This document shows positions 1-9,201 of a stretch of 58,307 bases of DNA, piece after piece. The DNA comes from Candidatus Aenigmatarchaeota archaeon (GTDB lineage Archaea > Aenigmatarchaeota > Aenigmatarchaeia > Aenigmatarchaeales > JAHLMS01). The DNA is taken from positions 1 to 58,307 of the forward strand of contig JAHLMS010000002.1 of NCBI GenBank assembly GCA_018920245.1. Reading direction: 5' to 3'. A program made the translations under genes and the position numbers. Position 1 is the stretch's first letter. The number at the start of each line of letters is the position of its first letter. Under the pieces are notes generated by a model. The model made no database searches. It saw only the letters and a program-made list of their open reading frames with translations, and was not told where the DNA came from.

Positions 1-712
1 TGTTTAAGCTTGCATTGTTATTTGATATTGTGTTATAGTTGGAGCTGGAGGAGAGGAAGATTCCATAATAGCTATTTGAATTTGCTGTGTTGTTGGTGAG
101 GGTATTGTTGGAGCTGGAGGAGAGGTAGATGCCGTAGTTGGTGTTGTTATTGACTGTGTTGTTGGAGAGGGTGTTGTTGGAGCTGGTGGAGAGATAGATG
201 CCGTAGTCGTTGTTGTTGGCTGTGACGTTTGTTATGTTGTTGAAATTCGAGTTTGAAAGGTGAAGACCTGAAGCACCTCCACCTCCCGGTGGTGGATTCA
301 GGAACAGCCCGCTGTTGGATATCGTACTATAATTTGTACCATCCAGATAAATGCCTGTGGCATACATGGAGATGTTGGGGCAATCCCTTATGGTTATACT
401 TGTTCTTCCCTGTGCATATACGCCCTTGCCAGAACCGCTGCCTGTGATGTTGTATAAAGAGCAAGTGAAGACTACATTGTTGGCCTGAATGTCTATGCAC
501 ACATCCCTGCCGGCTTGCAAGCCTGAAATAGATTGAGTCAAATAATAATATCCTGCACTTGTGATGTTTTGACAGCTGGAGATTCCTTCTGGGGGCGCTG
601 AAGGTTGAAAAGGTGCCAGTGCAGTTGGTTTGAATGCTAAAAGCGCTATTGTAAGAAATACAACAACCAATGGCATGATTGTGATGAAGCTGCCTTGGCC
701 CCTTCTATTCAT
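1..712 (-). CDS. secreted right-handed beta-helix (PbH1/NosD-like) repeat protein; the C-terminal part runs off the window
   Basis: My own minus-strand translation from the ATG at 712 gives MNRRGQGSFITIMPLVVVFLTIALLAFKPTALA, which looks like a signal peptide. It continues ...NNITNVTANNNDYGIYLSTSSNNTLSNNTVNNNTNYGIYLSSSSNNTLTNNTANSNSYYGIFLSSSSN. The frame stays open to position 1. A 69-nt (23-aa) period is visible: GTTGGAGCTGG(A/T)GGAGAG starts at 38, 107 and 176. The ORF is absent from the track because it is truncated. Confidence 0.6.
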   Translation of the reverse strand, partial: MNRRGQGSFITIMPLVVVFLTIALLAFKPTALAPFQPSAPPEGISSCQNITSAGYYYLTQSISGLQAGRDVCIDIQANNVVFTCSLYNITGSGSGKGVYAQGRTSITIRDCPNISMYATGIYLDGTNYSTISNSGLFLNPPPGGGGASGLHLSNSNFNNITNVTANNNDYGIYLSTSSNNTLSNNTVNNNTNYGIYLSSSSNNTLTNNTANSNSYYGIFLSSSSNYNTISNNNASLN

Positions 713-840
713 GAATTATGATACTCTTTTAGTGTATTTATATTCCTTATGTTGTTGTTTCCATCGGAAGGATAAGTTTAAATATTTCAGTATACTCACA
801 TACAGACAAAATTTGCATGCTGATTTAGGGGGTTGATAAC

Positions 841-2493
841 ATGGTGAATCCTATACAAGCTGGCACTTCAATGGCCGGCCAGCCGATACTTGTATTGCCT
901 GAGGGCACATTGCGTGCAATGGGAAGGGACGCCCAGCACGCCAACATTGCGGCTGCGAAGGCAGTGGCGGATGCTGTACGCACCACGCTCGGACCAAAAG
1001 GTATGGACAAAATGCTCGTGGATAGCATGGGCGATATCGTGATAACGAACGATGGTGTAACTATTCTTGATGAAATGCAGATAGAGCACCCGGCAGGCAA
1101 GATGCTCGTCGAGGTTGCAAAGACGCAAGACGAAGAAGTTGGCGACGGCACGACAACAGCTGCCGTTCTCGCTGGTGAGCTGCTCAAGAAGGCCGAGAGT
1201 CTGCTCGACCAGAACGTGCATCCAACCATTATTACAAGAGGGTTCAAGCTCGCAAAGGAGAGAGCGCTGTCGACCTTGGACAAGATATCGGAAAGGGTTA
1301 AGCCTGAGGATACTGCGGTGCTGATGAAAATCGCTACAACAGCAATGACAGGCAAGTCTGCTGAGATGGCGAACGAACATCTTGCGAAAATAGCCGTGGA
1401 TGCTGTGCGCTCCATAATCGACCGGAGCGATTCAAAACTCGAGATAGACACCGAGAACATCAAGATCGAGAAGAAGCAGGGCGGAAGCACGGATGACACT
1501 GAGCTCATCCGTGGTATAATCATTGACAAGGAAATCGTTCATCCAGGCATGCCGAAAAAAATAACGAACGCGAAGATTGCATTGGTTGACTGCGCGTTGG
1601 AAATAGAGAAGACTGAAACAGAAGCACAGATACAAATAACTGCACCAGAACAGCTGCAAAGGTTCATGGACCAGGAGGACAAAATACTGAAGGATATGGT
1701 TGAGAAGATAGCAGCCTCTGGATGCAATGTGCTCTTGTGCCAGAAAGGCATCGATGATGTCGCGCAGCACTACCTCGCGAAGAAAGGCATAATGGCTGCC
1801 AGGCGCGTAAAGAAGTCTGACATGGAAAAACTGGCTAGGGCGACAGGCGGTCGCGTGGTCACAAGTCTGGCAGACCTTAGTAAGGACGACCTCGGATTCG
1901 CAGGCATTGTTGAGGAAAAGAAGATTGCCGGCGAGCAGATGCTGTTCATACGGGACTGTAAGGACCCGAAAGCCGTTTCTATCCTGATAAGGGGTGGGAC
2001 AGAACACGTGGTCGAGGAAGTTGAGCGCGCAATAGAGGACGCAATAGGCGGCGTTGCCTCGGCGCTGGAAGTCGGCAAAATAGTCGCAGGCGGCGGTGCA
2101 CCAGAAGAGGCTGTTGCCAAAGCCGTGCGCGAGTTCGCTCAGGGCTACAGCGGCAGGGAACAGCTCGCCATCCTGGCTTTCGCAGATGCTATGGAAATAA
2201 TCCCGCGCACGCTTGCCGAGAACGCTGGACTCGATCCAATTGACATTCTTGTGGAGCTGCGAGCTGCGCACGATGCTGGTAAGACGACCTCAGGTGTGGA
2301 TGTGTTCACAGGCAAAATAGTGGACATGCGTGCAGCAGGAATCATCGAGCCGCTGAAGATAAAGACGCAGGCGATAAAGTCTGCAGCAGAGGCTGCAGAA
2401 ATGATACTGCGCATAGATGATATTATCACAGCCAGCAAGCTCGAGAAGGGACCATCAACACCTCCAGGCAGCACGGGTGGCGAAGAGTACTAA
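841..2493 (+). CDS. ths: thermosome subunit (group II chaperonin)
   Basis: 550 aa. Contains [34 protein letters not shown] and a C-terminal IDDIITA, all group II chaperonin signatures. Confidence 0.95.
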   Translation: MVNPIQAGTSMAGQPILVLPEGTLRAMGRDAQHANIAAAKAVADAVRTTLGPKGMDKMLVDSMGDIVITNDGVTILDEMQIEHPAGKMLVEVAKTQDEEVGDGTTTAAVLAGELLKKAESLLDQNVHPTIITRGFKLAKERALSTLDKISERVKPEDTAVLMKIATTAMTGKSAEMANEHLAKIAVDAVRSIIDRSDSKLEIDTENIKIEKKQGGSTDDTELIRGIIIDKEIVHPGMPKKITNAKIALVDCALEIEKTETEAQIQITAPEQLQRFMDQEDKILKDMVEKIAASGCNVLLCQKGIDDVAQHYLAKKGIMAARRVKKSDMEKLARATGGRVVTSLADLSKDDLGFAGIVEEKKIAGEQMLFIRDCKDPKAVSILIRGGTEHVVEEVERAIEDAIGGVASALEVGKIVAGGGAPEEAVAKAVREFAQGYSGREQLAILAFADAMEIIPRTLAENAGLDPIDILVELRAAHDAGKTTSGVDVFTGKIVDMRAAGIIEPLKIKTQAIKSAAEAAEMILRIDDIITASKLEKGPSTPPGSTGGEEY

Positions 2494-2576
2494 GGTATTT
2501 TTCATATATTTTTCATTTTTGCTATTTCCTGTTAGCTTTAAATATAAGTAAATATAACTATTAATTAGTGGTAAAT

Positions 2577-2843
2577 ATGAAAAATCCTCATTTTAGAGTC
2601 GTCCGTGAGATAGGCAGTAGCGGCCTTGTCGAGGCTGTAAACATCGCCGGAGACAGGTGGCTCGCTTGGGACAGGCCAACTGATTCAACAGGCACACCGA
2701 CCTATGTCTGTATCAACCGCGGGCTATCAATGAAGAGGGCCCAGCTACCGGACATTGTGGCCAAACTTTTCAGCGAGAAGTCGGCCAAGGAGCTGAGCCG
2801 TGAACTTGGTATATTGGTGACGGACAAGAAGTATGCCGCATAA
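2577..2843 (+). CDS. hypothetical protein
   Basis: ORF with an ATG at 2577; the track starts it at GTG 2568. It is preceded by the AT-rich TATA-like sequence tttaaatataagtaaatata. No recognisable motif. Confidence 0.35.
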   Translation: MKNPHFRVVREIGSSGLVEAVNIAGDRWLAWDRPTDSTGTPTYVCINRGLSMKRAQLPDIVAKLFSEKSAKELSRELGILVTDKKYAA

Positions 2844-2891
2844 TCGAATAACCTTTATATATCGGTTTCTGCAATTCCTATCCAGATTTGC

Positions 2892-3407
2892 ATGCCTGAG
2901 GAAGAGGTCGAACTCGCCCAGAAGGGCGAAAGTTACGAGATAATACCCGTAACACCCATTCGCAAGCTTGAGAAGCGCATGGAAGCTCTTGAGAGCGCTG
3001 GCACCATACCACAGATACAGAGCCTTATCAACCAAATCATGGACCTCATCAGGGGCAACCAGCGTATTGTTGAGGAAATTGTACGTGCAAATGCTGATTT
3101 AAGGAATGAAATTTCAAAACTGCCGCCCAAGATAGATGACCTCACAACAACAATGAAGGAATTCATAAGCATGGTGAAAGCGGCAGGCGAGGAGGAGATT
3201 TCTGCGCCGAGCGCGGAGGTCATGAGACCCCTGCAGGAGGCGCTCACAAAGCTCACAGAACAAAATCAGAAGCTCATAGAGGGCAATCAGGCCATACTGG
3301 AATCACTGGAAGCCCTCGGAAAGAAGATGCGCGGCGGCACGCCCGTCTCAGCGCTCATGTCAAGCTACCCCGGTCTCAAACTAAGGCGGGAAGAAACAAC
3401 TGCATAG
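2892..3407 (+). CDS. coiled-coil hypothetical protein immediately upstream of the pilus operon
   Basis: 171 aa with heptad-like E/K/L-rich sequence (LEKRMEALESAG..., LTKLTEQNQKLIEGNQAILESLEAL). A 13-nt gap separates it from the next gene. Confidence 0.5.
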   Translation: MPEEEVELAQKGESYEIIPVTPIRKLEKRMEALESAGTIPQIQSLINQIMDLIRGNQRIVEEIVRANADLRNEISKLPPKIDDLTTTMKEFISMVKAAGEEEISAPSAEVMRPLQEALTKLTEQNQKLIEGNQAILESLEALGKKMRGGTPVSALMSSYPGLKLRREETTA

Positions 3408-3419
3408 GAGGAAAAGGAA

Positions 3420-3641
3420 ATGAAATTTAAACCAATAGTTAGAACAGGCGCCGTATTGGTCGGTGTGCTGTTGACGCTGATAACCTTGATGGCAATAGGC
3501 GTCTTCGCACTCGTTCCAGCAGCAAGCAACTTCACCAATGTGCTGATACTGACCATGGTGCTGATGCAGTTGCTGACAGTGGTTGTGCTGATACACATCC
3601 ACGATGTCCTCATAGGGGACTTCAAGAAAGGGAGGCGTTAG
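3420..3641 (+). CDS. small membrane protein (2 predicted TM helices)
   Basis: 73 aa with two hydrophobic stretches (GAVLVGVLLTLITLMAIGVFALV and VLILTMVLMQLLTVVVLI). A GGAGGA motif lies just upstream. It abuts the pilin gene. Confidence 0.45.
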   Translation: MKFKPIVRTGAVLVGVLLTLITLMAIGVFALVPAASNFTNVLILTMVLMQLLTVVVLIHIHDVLIGDFKKGRR

Positions 3642-3642
3642 G

Positions 3643-4077
3643 ATGAGAGGAGTATCAGCCGTGATTGCGGTAATCCTTATACTGATGATTACCGTTGCAC
3701 TGGCAGCGACCAGCTACGTATGGTTCAGTTCAGTGTTCAGCACCGTAACAGCAGGCGGCACCAACGCTACGACGACAGCGATCTCAGGAATCCAAACAGC
3801 ATTCGCCGTAGAGGCTGCGATATATGCTGGAAACAGCTTGACAACAGTCTCCATAAGAAACACCGGTTCCGTGAACATAGACAAGTCGACTGCTGCAGCA
3901 TATATCAATGAGATACCGGCAACCATAACACCAACCCCAAGCGGGACCCTCGCTCCTGGTGCCGTGTTCCAGATATCTGTCCAGAACACGTCAGCTATGG
4001 GAAACATCTGCGGAAAGCCGATCAAAGTATCGTTCGCTGCGGGAACGCCACAGGTGCACGCTATAGGCGGTTGCTGA
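3643..4077 (+). CDS. archaeal type IV pilin-like protein (class III signal peptide)
   Basis: The N-terminus MRG|VSAVIAVILILMITVALAATSYVWF matches the archaeal pilin/archaellin N-terminal domain pattern: a basic residue and Gly, then a hydrophobic helix. Confidence 0.75.
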   Translation: MRGVSAVIAVILILMITVALAATSYVWFSSVFSTVTAGGTNATTTAISGIQTAFAVEAAIYAGNSLTTVSIRNTGSVNIDKSTAAAYINEIPATITPTPSGTLAPGAVFQISVQNTSAMGNICGKPIKVSFAAGTPQVHAIGGC

Positions 4078-4102
4078 AGGCTTTTGTTTTTTATAAAGGC
4101 CT

Positions 4103-4654
4103 GTGCTAGATTTAGCTATGGAAAAGTCCGCTCTACGGGGCCAGGCCCAAATAATTGTTTTTGTGCTACTCTTGCTGATATCACTGATACTCGTTTTCAC
4201 TGCAGTCAGCTGGGGTGGTGGCATCAGTCAGCAGAACATAGATGTCAGTAGAGTGATAGCGGCTGAGAACTGGATGAAGGAACTCGACAGATCGATACAA
4301 TCAGTTGTAAAATCCGGAGGCAGTGCGCGTCTGAATTATCCGTTCAACACGCCGATAGGCCTAGCGGACGTGGATATCAATGACTATATCGAGATGAGTA
4401 TGCCTGTAAGCATAGACCTTCCAGACTATTGGATAAACATCAGCATTTCCGGCGAGCCCGGGCTGATAAGGGAACGCAAGGATGCTGGAGAACTCAAGTT
4501 ACGGCTAAGCTATCCTTTGCGACCTGGGTTCGCGATTGACCTTTTCACGGACGGCCCACAGATAGCGACACCAAAGGCTGTGCTGATTGAACACAACTCG
4601 ACGTTTCAGAACTCCACCATAACAATAGTCAAAATAAAACTGAGCTTCATATAG
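4103..4654 (+). CDS. pilin-like protein (class III signal peptide)
   Basis: MEKSALRG|QAQIIVFVLLLLISLILVFTAV. The likely true start is the ATG at 4118. Confidence 0.6.
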   Translation: MLDLAMEKSALRGQAQIIVFVLLLLISLILVFTAVSWGGGISQQNIDVSRVIAAENWMKELDRSIQSVVKSGGSARLNYPFNTPIGLADVDINDYIEMSMPVSIDLPDYWINISISGEPGLIRERKDAGELKLRLSYPLRPGFAIDLFTDGPQIATPKAVLIEHNSTFQNSTITIVKIKLSFI

Positions 4655-4685
4655 GTTTTTTATATCAGCTTGGCAATCTGCTCTT

Positions 4686-5105
4686 ATGCGAGGGGAATAC
4701 CTTACTATAGAATATGTGCTGTTTTTTGCGTTCGGGGTCACAATAACTGTTGCCGTGTTCATGACCTTTTCAAGCATCAGTGACACCATTCATGATGCAA
4801 GCCTGGTAGAACAGCTAAAACGTACTGGTGAAGCTATACGGGGCGCAGCGGTGAACGTCGCTGAAACAGCAAAGGCCACAGGAAGCAACATCACTTACAA
4901 TGTCAGCATCCCACAACGTCTGTCCGCCTGCACGTACGCCATCTTTACTTCAGGCAGAGATCTCAACCTCAACTGTACAGATAATTATAAGCTTGGAGCT
5001 GTGCTAGATTTATACGGCCTGCCTATACAGAGCAAGGGCGTTGTGTACAGCAGCAGGGGGTACATTGAGATAAAAGCGAACTCGACAAACGTCATATTGA
5101 GTTGA
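4686..5105 (+). CDS. pilin-like protein
   Basis: MRG|EYLTIEYVLFFAFGVTITVAVFM. This is a prepilin-like N-terminus with Glu at +6. Confidence 0.55.
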   Translation: MRGEYLTIEYVLFFAFGVTITVAVFMTFSSISDTIHDASLVEQLKRTGEAIRGAAVNVAETAKATGSNITYNVSIPQRLSACTYAIFTSGRDLNLNCTDNYKLGAVLDLYGLPIQSKGVVYSSRGYIEIKANSTNVILS

Positions 5106-5109
5106 TATC

Positions 5110-6882
5110 ATGGTTGTGAAGATGGTCCTACAGAAGAAAAAGAAAGGAAAGTTCAGGCTCGGCCGCGTGATTAGGAAGGCTGTTGCTGGATATCGTGTCC
5201 TCAAAACAGTGGAAGAACGCAAGCGCAGGGCACGAATGCCACCGATAACGATAGAACGCGTGGAGGCCGAGGCAGCAGAGGTGGAAGCCAAGGGAGCTGC
5301 AATTGAAGCGGCTGCAGCACCTGCAGGCGTCCCTGTCACGGGGGCTCCTATATATACTCTTCCTCGGAAGCCACCCGAGGTCGACCTCACCACTATAAAC
5401 ATAACATATCCTCTTATTCCGGCCATACCACCGCCTGGCACACGGCCGTTCGCGGAGGCAAACATACGATGGTCCGCACCGGACGCAGCGCTCATATACT
5501 ATCTCATAGAGCCCGAGCTAAGCGCTCAGGAAAAAGCTCTGTTGGAAGAAATCAAAACTGCCTTGGTGGAAAAGCTTGACATAGATTTTACTATGCTGCG
5601 CAAGGTCGAGGCCAAGGAATATTTGCACAAGCGATTCGATGAGATGTTGAAGCTTATGGCAGCTGACTTGCCAGAAGAGCGCAGGGCTGTAATGCTTTAT
5701 TATATCGAACGGGACTTCATCGGCCTGGGCAAGATAGAACCTCTCATGCAGGACCCCGATATCGAGGACATATCTGTGGATGGTGTTGGCATACCTGCGT
5801 ATGTCTATCACAGGAACCCTCTGATAGGAAGCATACGCACAAATGTGATATTTGATAGCCCGGATGAACTGGACACGTTCGTCCACAAGCTCGCGCAACG
5901 CTGCGGCAAATCTATATCGGTCGCAATGCCGCTGCTCGGCGCAGCATTGCCTGACGGGAGCCGTGTACAGGCAACGCTCGCAACTGACATCGCGAGACGT
6001 GGAAGCAATTTCACAATTCGAAAATTCACCGAAATGCCACTAACGCCGACGCATATGCTGCGGTTCAAGACCTTGGACAGCAAAATGGCGGCGTATCTCT
6101 GGCTGGCGATCGAATACGGCCGATCAGTACTGATAAGCGGCGGTGTGGCGACAGGTAAGACATCCCTGCTGAACGCGTTGTCGCTTTTCATTAAGCCTGA
6201 GCTGAAGATTGTCAGCATAGAGGATACACCTGAACTCAAGCTGCCACAACCGAACTGGATAGCTCAAGTCGCGAGGCAACCGATAGCAGAGGTTGAGGGA
6301 AGGAAGGTTGGTGAGGTTGACCTGTTTGACCTGTTGCGCGAGAGTCTAAGGCAAAGACCGGATTACTTGATAGTCGGCGAGGTCAGGGGCAAGGAAGCCT
6401 TCGTACTGTTCCAACAGATTGCCACAGGGCATGCCTCGATGTCGACGATACACGCTGACACCATGGAAAGGTTGATAGACAGGCTGACAACGGCACCCAT
6501 CTCGTTGCCAGGGGCCCTGCTTGAGGCACTGGATATAATAGTTTTCGTCGTTCGCATAAAGTACGGGCCAGCCTACGTGCGCAGAGTCTCAAACATTTAT
6601 GAAATAATAGGTTTCGACCGCACGAAGAACATGCCGCTGACCAATGAGGTGTTTAGATGGAACCCAAAAACCGACAAGTACGAGGCTGTAAATCCATCAA
6701 TCGTGCTCAAGAAAATTGCTAGCCAGTACGGAATACATGAAGCGATATTGCAGCGCGAAATCTCCCAGCGCATGAAGGTATTGGAGTGGATGTCTGATGT
6801 AAACATGACCGACTACCGTGATATCGCGCGCGTGATAAAACTCTATTATACAAGACCGGAGGACGTCCTGGCTGCCATATAG
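5110..6882 (+). CDS. type IV pilus / archaellum-type secretion ATPase (FlaI/PilB/VirB11 superfamily)
   Basis: 590 aa. Walker A is SGGVATGKTSLLNAL and Walker B-like is PDYLIVGEVRG. The GHASMSTIHA His-box is typical of T2SS/T4P ATPases. Confidence 0.9.
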   Translation: MVVKMVLQKKKKGKFRLGRVIRKAVAGYRVLKTVEERKRRARMPPITIERVEAEAAEVEAKGAAIEAAAAPAGVPVTGAPIYTLPRKPPEVDLTTINITYPLIPAIPPPGTRPFAEANIRWSAPDAALIYYLIEPELSAQEKALLEEIKTALVEKLDIDFTMLRKVEAKEYLHKRFDEMLKLMAADLPEERRAVMLYYIERDFIGLGKIEPLMQDPDIEDISVDGVGIPAYVYHRNPLIGSIRTNVIFDSPDELDTFVHKLAQRCGKSISVAMPLLGAALPDGSRVQATLATDIARRGSNFTIRKFTEMPLTPTHMLRFKTLDSKMAAYLWLAIEYGRSVLISGGVATGKTSLLNALSLFIKPELKIVSIEDTPELKLPQPNWIAQVARQPIAEVEGRKVGEVDLFDLLRESLRQRPDYLIVGEVRGKEAFVLFQQIATGHASMSTIHADTMERLIDRLTTAPISLPGALLEALDIIVFVVRIKYGPAYVRRVSNIYEIIGFDRTKNMPLTNEVFRWNPKTDKYEAVNPSIVLKKIASQYGIHEAILQREISQRMKVLEWMSDVNMTDYRDIARVIKLYYTRPEDVLAAI

Positions 6883-6892
6883 GTGAGCTGGT

Positions 6893-7777
6893 GTGGTTAG
6901 CGGCCTGTGGAAAACATTTAGCGACCTAGCATTCAGGTTCTTCGGTAGACACCTTGAACCGCAGGTAAAGCATTTTGACAGCCTCAAGCCAGATATTCTT
7001 AAGTCAAATCTCGAACTGAGCCTTACGGAATATGTCTATGTCATGGTACTGGGCTGCCTGTTAACATTCGTCATAGCGTTCCCTGTGATAGTCGTTCTTG
7101 CCGCGCTGTTCCTCCACAACGCCATTCTTGCATTCCTCTTCTCATTCACAACATCCATATTCATAACACTAACTGTATTTTTCATTTTTTACACGTGGCC
7201 GGCCTTCATTGCCAACAGAAGGCGGAAACGCATCGAGGCTGCCCTGCCATTCGCAGCCACATACATGGCAACCATAGCAGCCAGTGGCGCGCCACCACAG
7301 ACGATGTTTCGCGTCCTTGCTGAATTTAAGGAATACGGTGAGATAAGCAAGGAAGTTGGAAAGATATCGCGTGATGTGACTGCCTTCGGCATGGACCTCA
7401 TCAGCGCCATAAGGAAGACAGCGGGACGCACGCCATCGCCCGAATTCAAGGAACTGCTGTGGGGCCTTGACACAGTGATAACTACAGGTGGAAACATATC
7501 GAACTACTTGCACGAGAAGGCACGCCTATACATGGAGGAAAACAGACGCAGGTTGCAGGCCTTCAGCCAGACGTTATCTGTCCTTATTGAGATATACCTC
7601 ACACTTATCCTCGTGGGCTCAATATTCTTCGTGATAATGACCGCGCTTATGTCAATATTCGGAGGCGGGGCAAACCTTTTCATCTCATTCATACAGTTCC
7701 TTATAGTCTTCGTGATACTGCCAGTAGTGAGCGTAGCATTCATAATTCTGCTCAAACTACTGGCGCCGAGTGATTGA
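6893..7777 (+). CDS. pilus platform membrane protein, T2SSF-domain (TadB / FlaJ N-half like)
   Basis: 294 aa. TM helices flank a cytoplasmic helical domain (ALPFAATYMATIAASGAPPQTMF...), as in TadB/TadC/FlaJ. Confidence 0.8.
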   Translation: MVSGLWKTFSDLAFRFFGRHLEPQVKHFDSLKPDILKSNLELSLTEYVYVMVLGCLLTFVIAFPVIVVLAALFLHNAILAFLFSFTTSIFITLTVFFIFYTWPAFIANRRRKRIEAALPFAATYMATIAASGAPPQTMFRVLAEFKEYGEISKEVGKISRDVTAFGMDLISAIRKTAGRTPSPEFKELLWGLDTVITTGGNISNYLHEKARLYMEENRRRLQAFSQTLSVLIEIYLTLILVGSIFFVIMTALMSIFGGGANLFISFIQFLIVFVILPVVSVAFIILLKLLAPSD

Positions 7778-8756
7778 TATGCCGAAAATGAAAATCCTAC
7801 CAAAGCCGAATAAAGTTGTGAAAGGATTCAAACTGAACATTCAAACGATATCTGTGATAGTGGCCATAGCCATAGCAGTAGTTGGTATAACATTCTTCTG
7901 GAACAATGTCGGCATACTCGGAAACCTGCTCTTGCTTGCGGCAGCCATTGGTTTCGTTCCATGGATTGTGCTGACCTACATGGAGATGCAACGGGTGCGT
8001 GTTATAGAGGACCAAATGCCAGCATTCATGCTCGATCTCGCCGAGACACAGAAGGCCGGGCTAACGCTGCCCGATGCGCTAAGAGTTGCAGCAAAGACAG
8101 ATTATGGAAGACTCACACCAGAGATAAAGCGCATCAATGACCAGGTGAGCTGGGGTGTGCCGCTACCCGATGCGCTAGAAGCGTTCGGCGAGCGCATGAA
8201 GAGGTCCACCATCATAGGCAGGATAGTGCGCATAATAAATGAGTCATATATGAGTGGCGGCGACATCGCGCGCACCATGGAGGCCACAGCAGCCGATATA
8301 ATTGCTGTCAAGGAGGCAGAGAAGGAGCGACAATCTATCATGGCCGAACATGTCGCGGTTATGTATGCAATATATTTCATATTCATAGGCATCATCGTCG
8401 GACTTTCAAAGACATTGTTACCAATGTTGCAACTCAACGTGCAGACTGCCGCAATCGGCGGGATACTGGCGTTCCAAGACCCCTGCATTGTATGCACTAT
8501 GCCGAACCCGCCGATAACATGCATATCCTGCGTGACATTTGGTGTGATATGTTCGATGTTCGGCCTCGGAGCAGGAACAACATGCTACTACCGTGCGCTG
8601 TTCATGCTCATGGCGGTCATCCAAGGGATATTCTCGGGTCTTGTGGCTGGCCAGATAGGTGAAGGAAAGGTAATAGCAGGCCTCAAACATAGCTTGATAA
8701 TGACTGGTGTGGGCTTCGGTACCATAATGGTGTTGTTGCGCCTTGGCCTAATGTAG
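7770..8756 (+). CDS. pilus platform membrane protein, T2SSF-domain (TadC / FlaJ C-half like)
   Basis: 328 aa with a second T2SSF-like unit (QMPAFMLDLAETQKAGLTLPDALRVAA...). It overlaps the preceding gene by 8 nt. Alternative starts are at 7779 and 7788. Confidence 0.8.
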   Translation: MIDMPKMKILPKPNKVVKGFKLNIQTISVIVAIAIAVVGITFFWNNVGILGNLLLLAAAIGFVPWIVLTYMEMQRVRVIEDQMPAFMLDLAETQKAGLTLPDALRVAAKTDYGRLTPEIKRINDQVSWGVPLPDALEAFGERMKRSTIIGRIVRIINESYMSGGDIARTMEATAADIIAVKEAEKERQSIMAEHVAVMYAIYFIFIGIIVGLSKTLLPMLQLNVQTAAIGGILAFQDPCIVCTMPNPPITCISCVTFGVICSMFGLGAGTTCYYRALFMLMAVIQGIFSGLVAGQIGEGKVIAGLKHSLIMTGVGFGTIMVLLRLGLM

Positions 8757-8771
8757 GTGCCGTGATGTGAG

Positions 8772-9200
8772 ATGCGCGGACAGGTAAAGATAGAGTTCGT
8801 ATTGGCAGTTGTTGCATTTGCTGCCATAGCCTTAATAATAGCAACACAGATAAATGCTGCATTCACTACAGTGGCTGAGTCGTCGAGAACTGACATGTTG
8901 AGAGCAAGGGCGATAGGTCTCGCGAACCTGCTCACTACTGATACTACATGGCTCTCGACCGGCCAACCGAACAATATCTCAATGGCGAACCTTATAATGA
9001 TAAATTCGACGCGCGATGCCTTCGGACAGTGCAGCCTACTGGCACCTTTGCGCCTCGGTGGCTATAGACTCACAATAGCGAACTCCACACATACGCTCAT
9101 GCGTTGCGGTTCAGACACCGCTGGTGCAGGTGCTGTGAGTGTCATGCGGGTCGTCTGGATAGAACACGACTATGGCACGTTGACAGTGGAGATGTGGTAG
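8772..9200 (+). CDS. pilin-like protein
   Basis: MRG|QVKIEFVLAVVAFAAIALIIA. Gly is followed by a hydrophobic helix with Glu at +5, as in bacterial type IV pilins. Confidence 0.55.
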   Translation: MRGQVKIEFVLAVVAFAAIALIIATQINAAFTTVAESSRTDMLRARAIGLANLLTTDTTWLSTGQPNNISMANLIMINSTRDAFGQCSLLAPLRLGGYRLTIANSTHTLMRCGSDTAGAGAVSVMRVVWIEHDYGTLTVEMW

Positions 9201-9201
9201 C

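Noticed and set aside
1-240. Regular 69-nt repeats that at first glance look like a tandem repeat or CRISPR-like array
   Set aside because: There are no unique spacers. The period is 23 codons, in frame with an open minus-strand ORF encoding NNxxxNNxxxYGIYLxxSSNN beta-helix repeats, so this is a coding repeat.
825-1529. 234-aa minus-strand ORF, plus 868..1380 and 1432..2271, antisense to the thermosome gene
   Set aside because: These lie fully inside a strongly recognisable chaperonin CDS. The translations are Ser/Ala/Ile-rich low-complexity sequence typical of antisense frames and carry no motifs.
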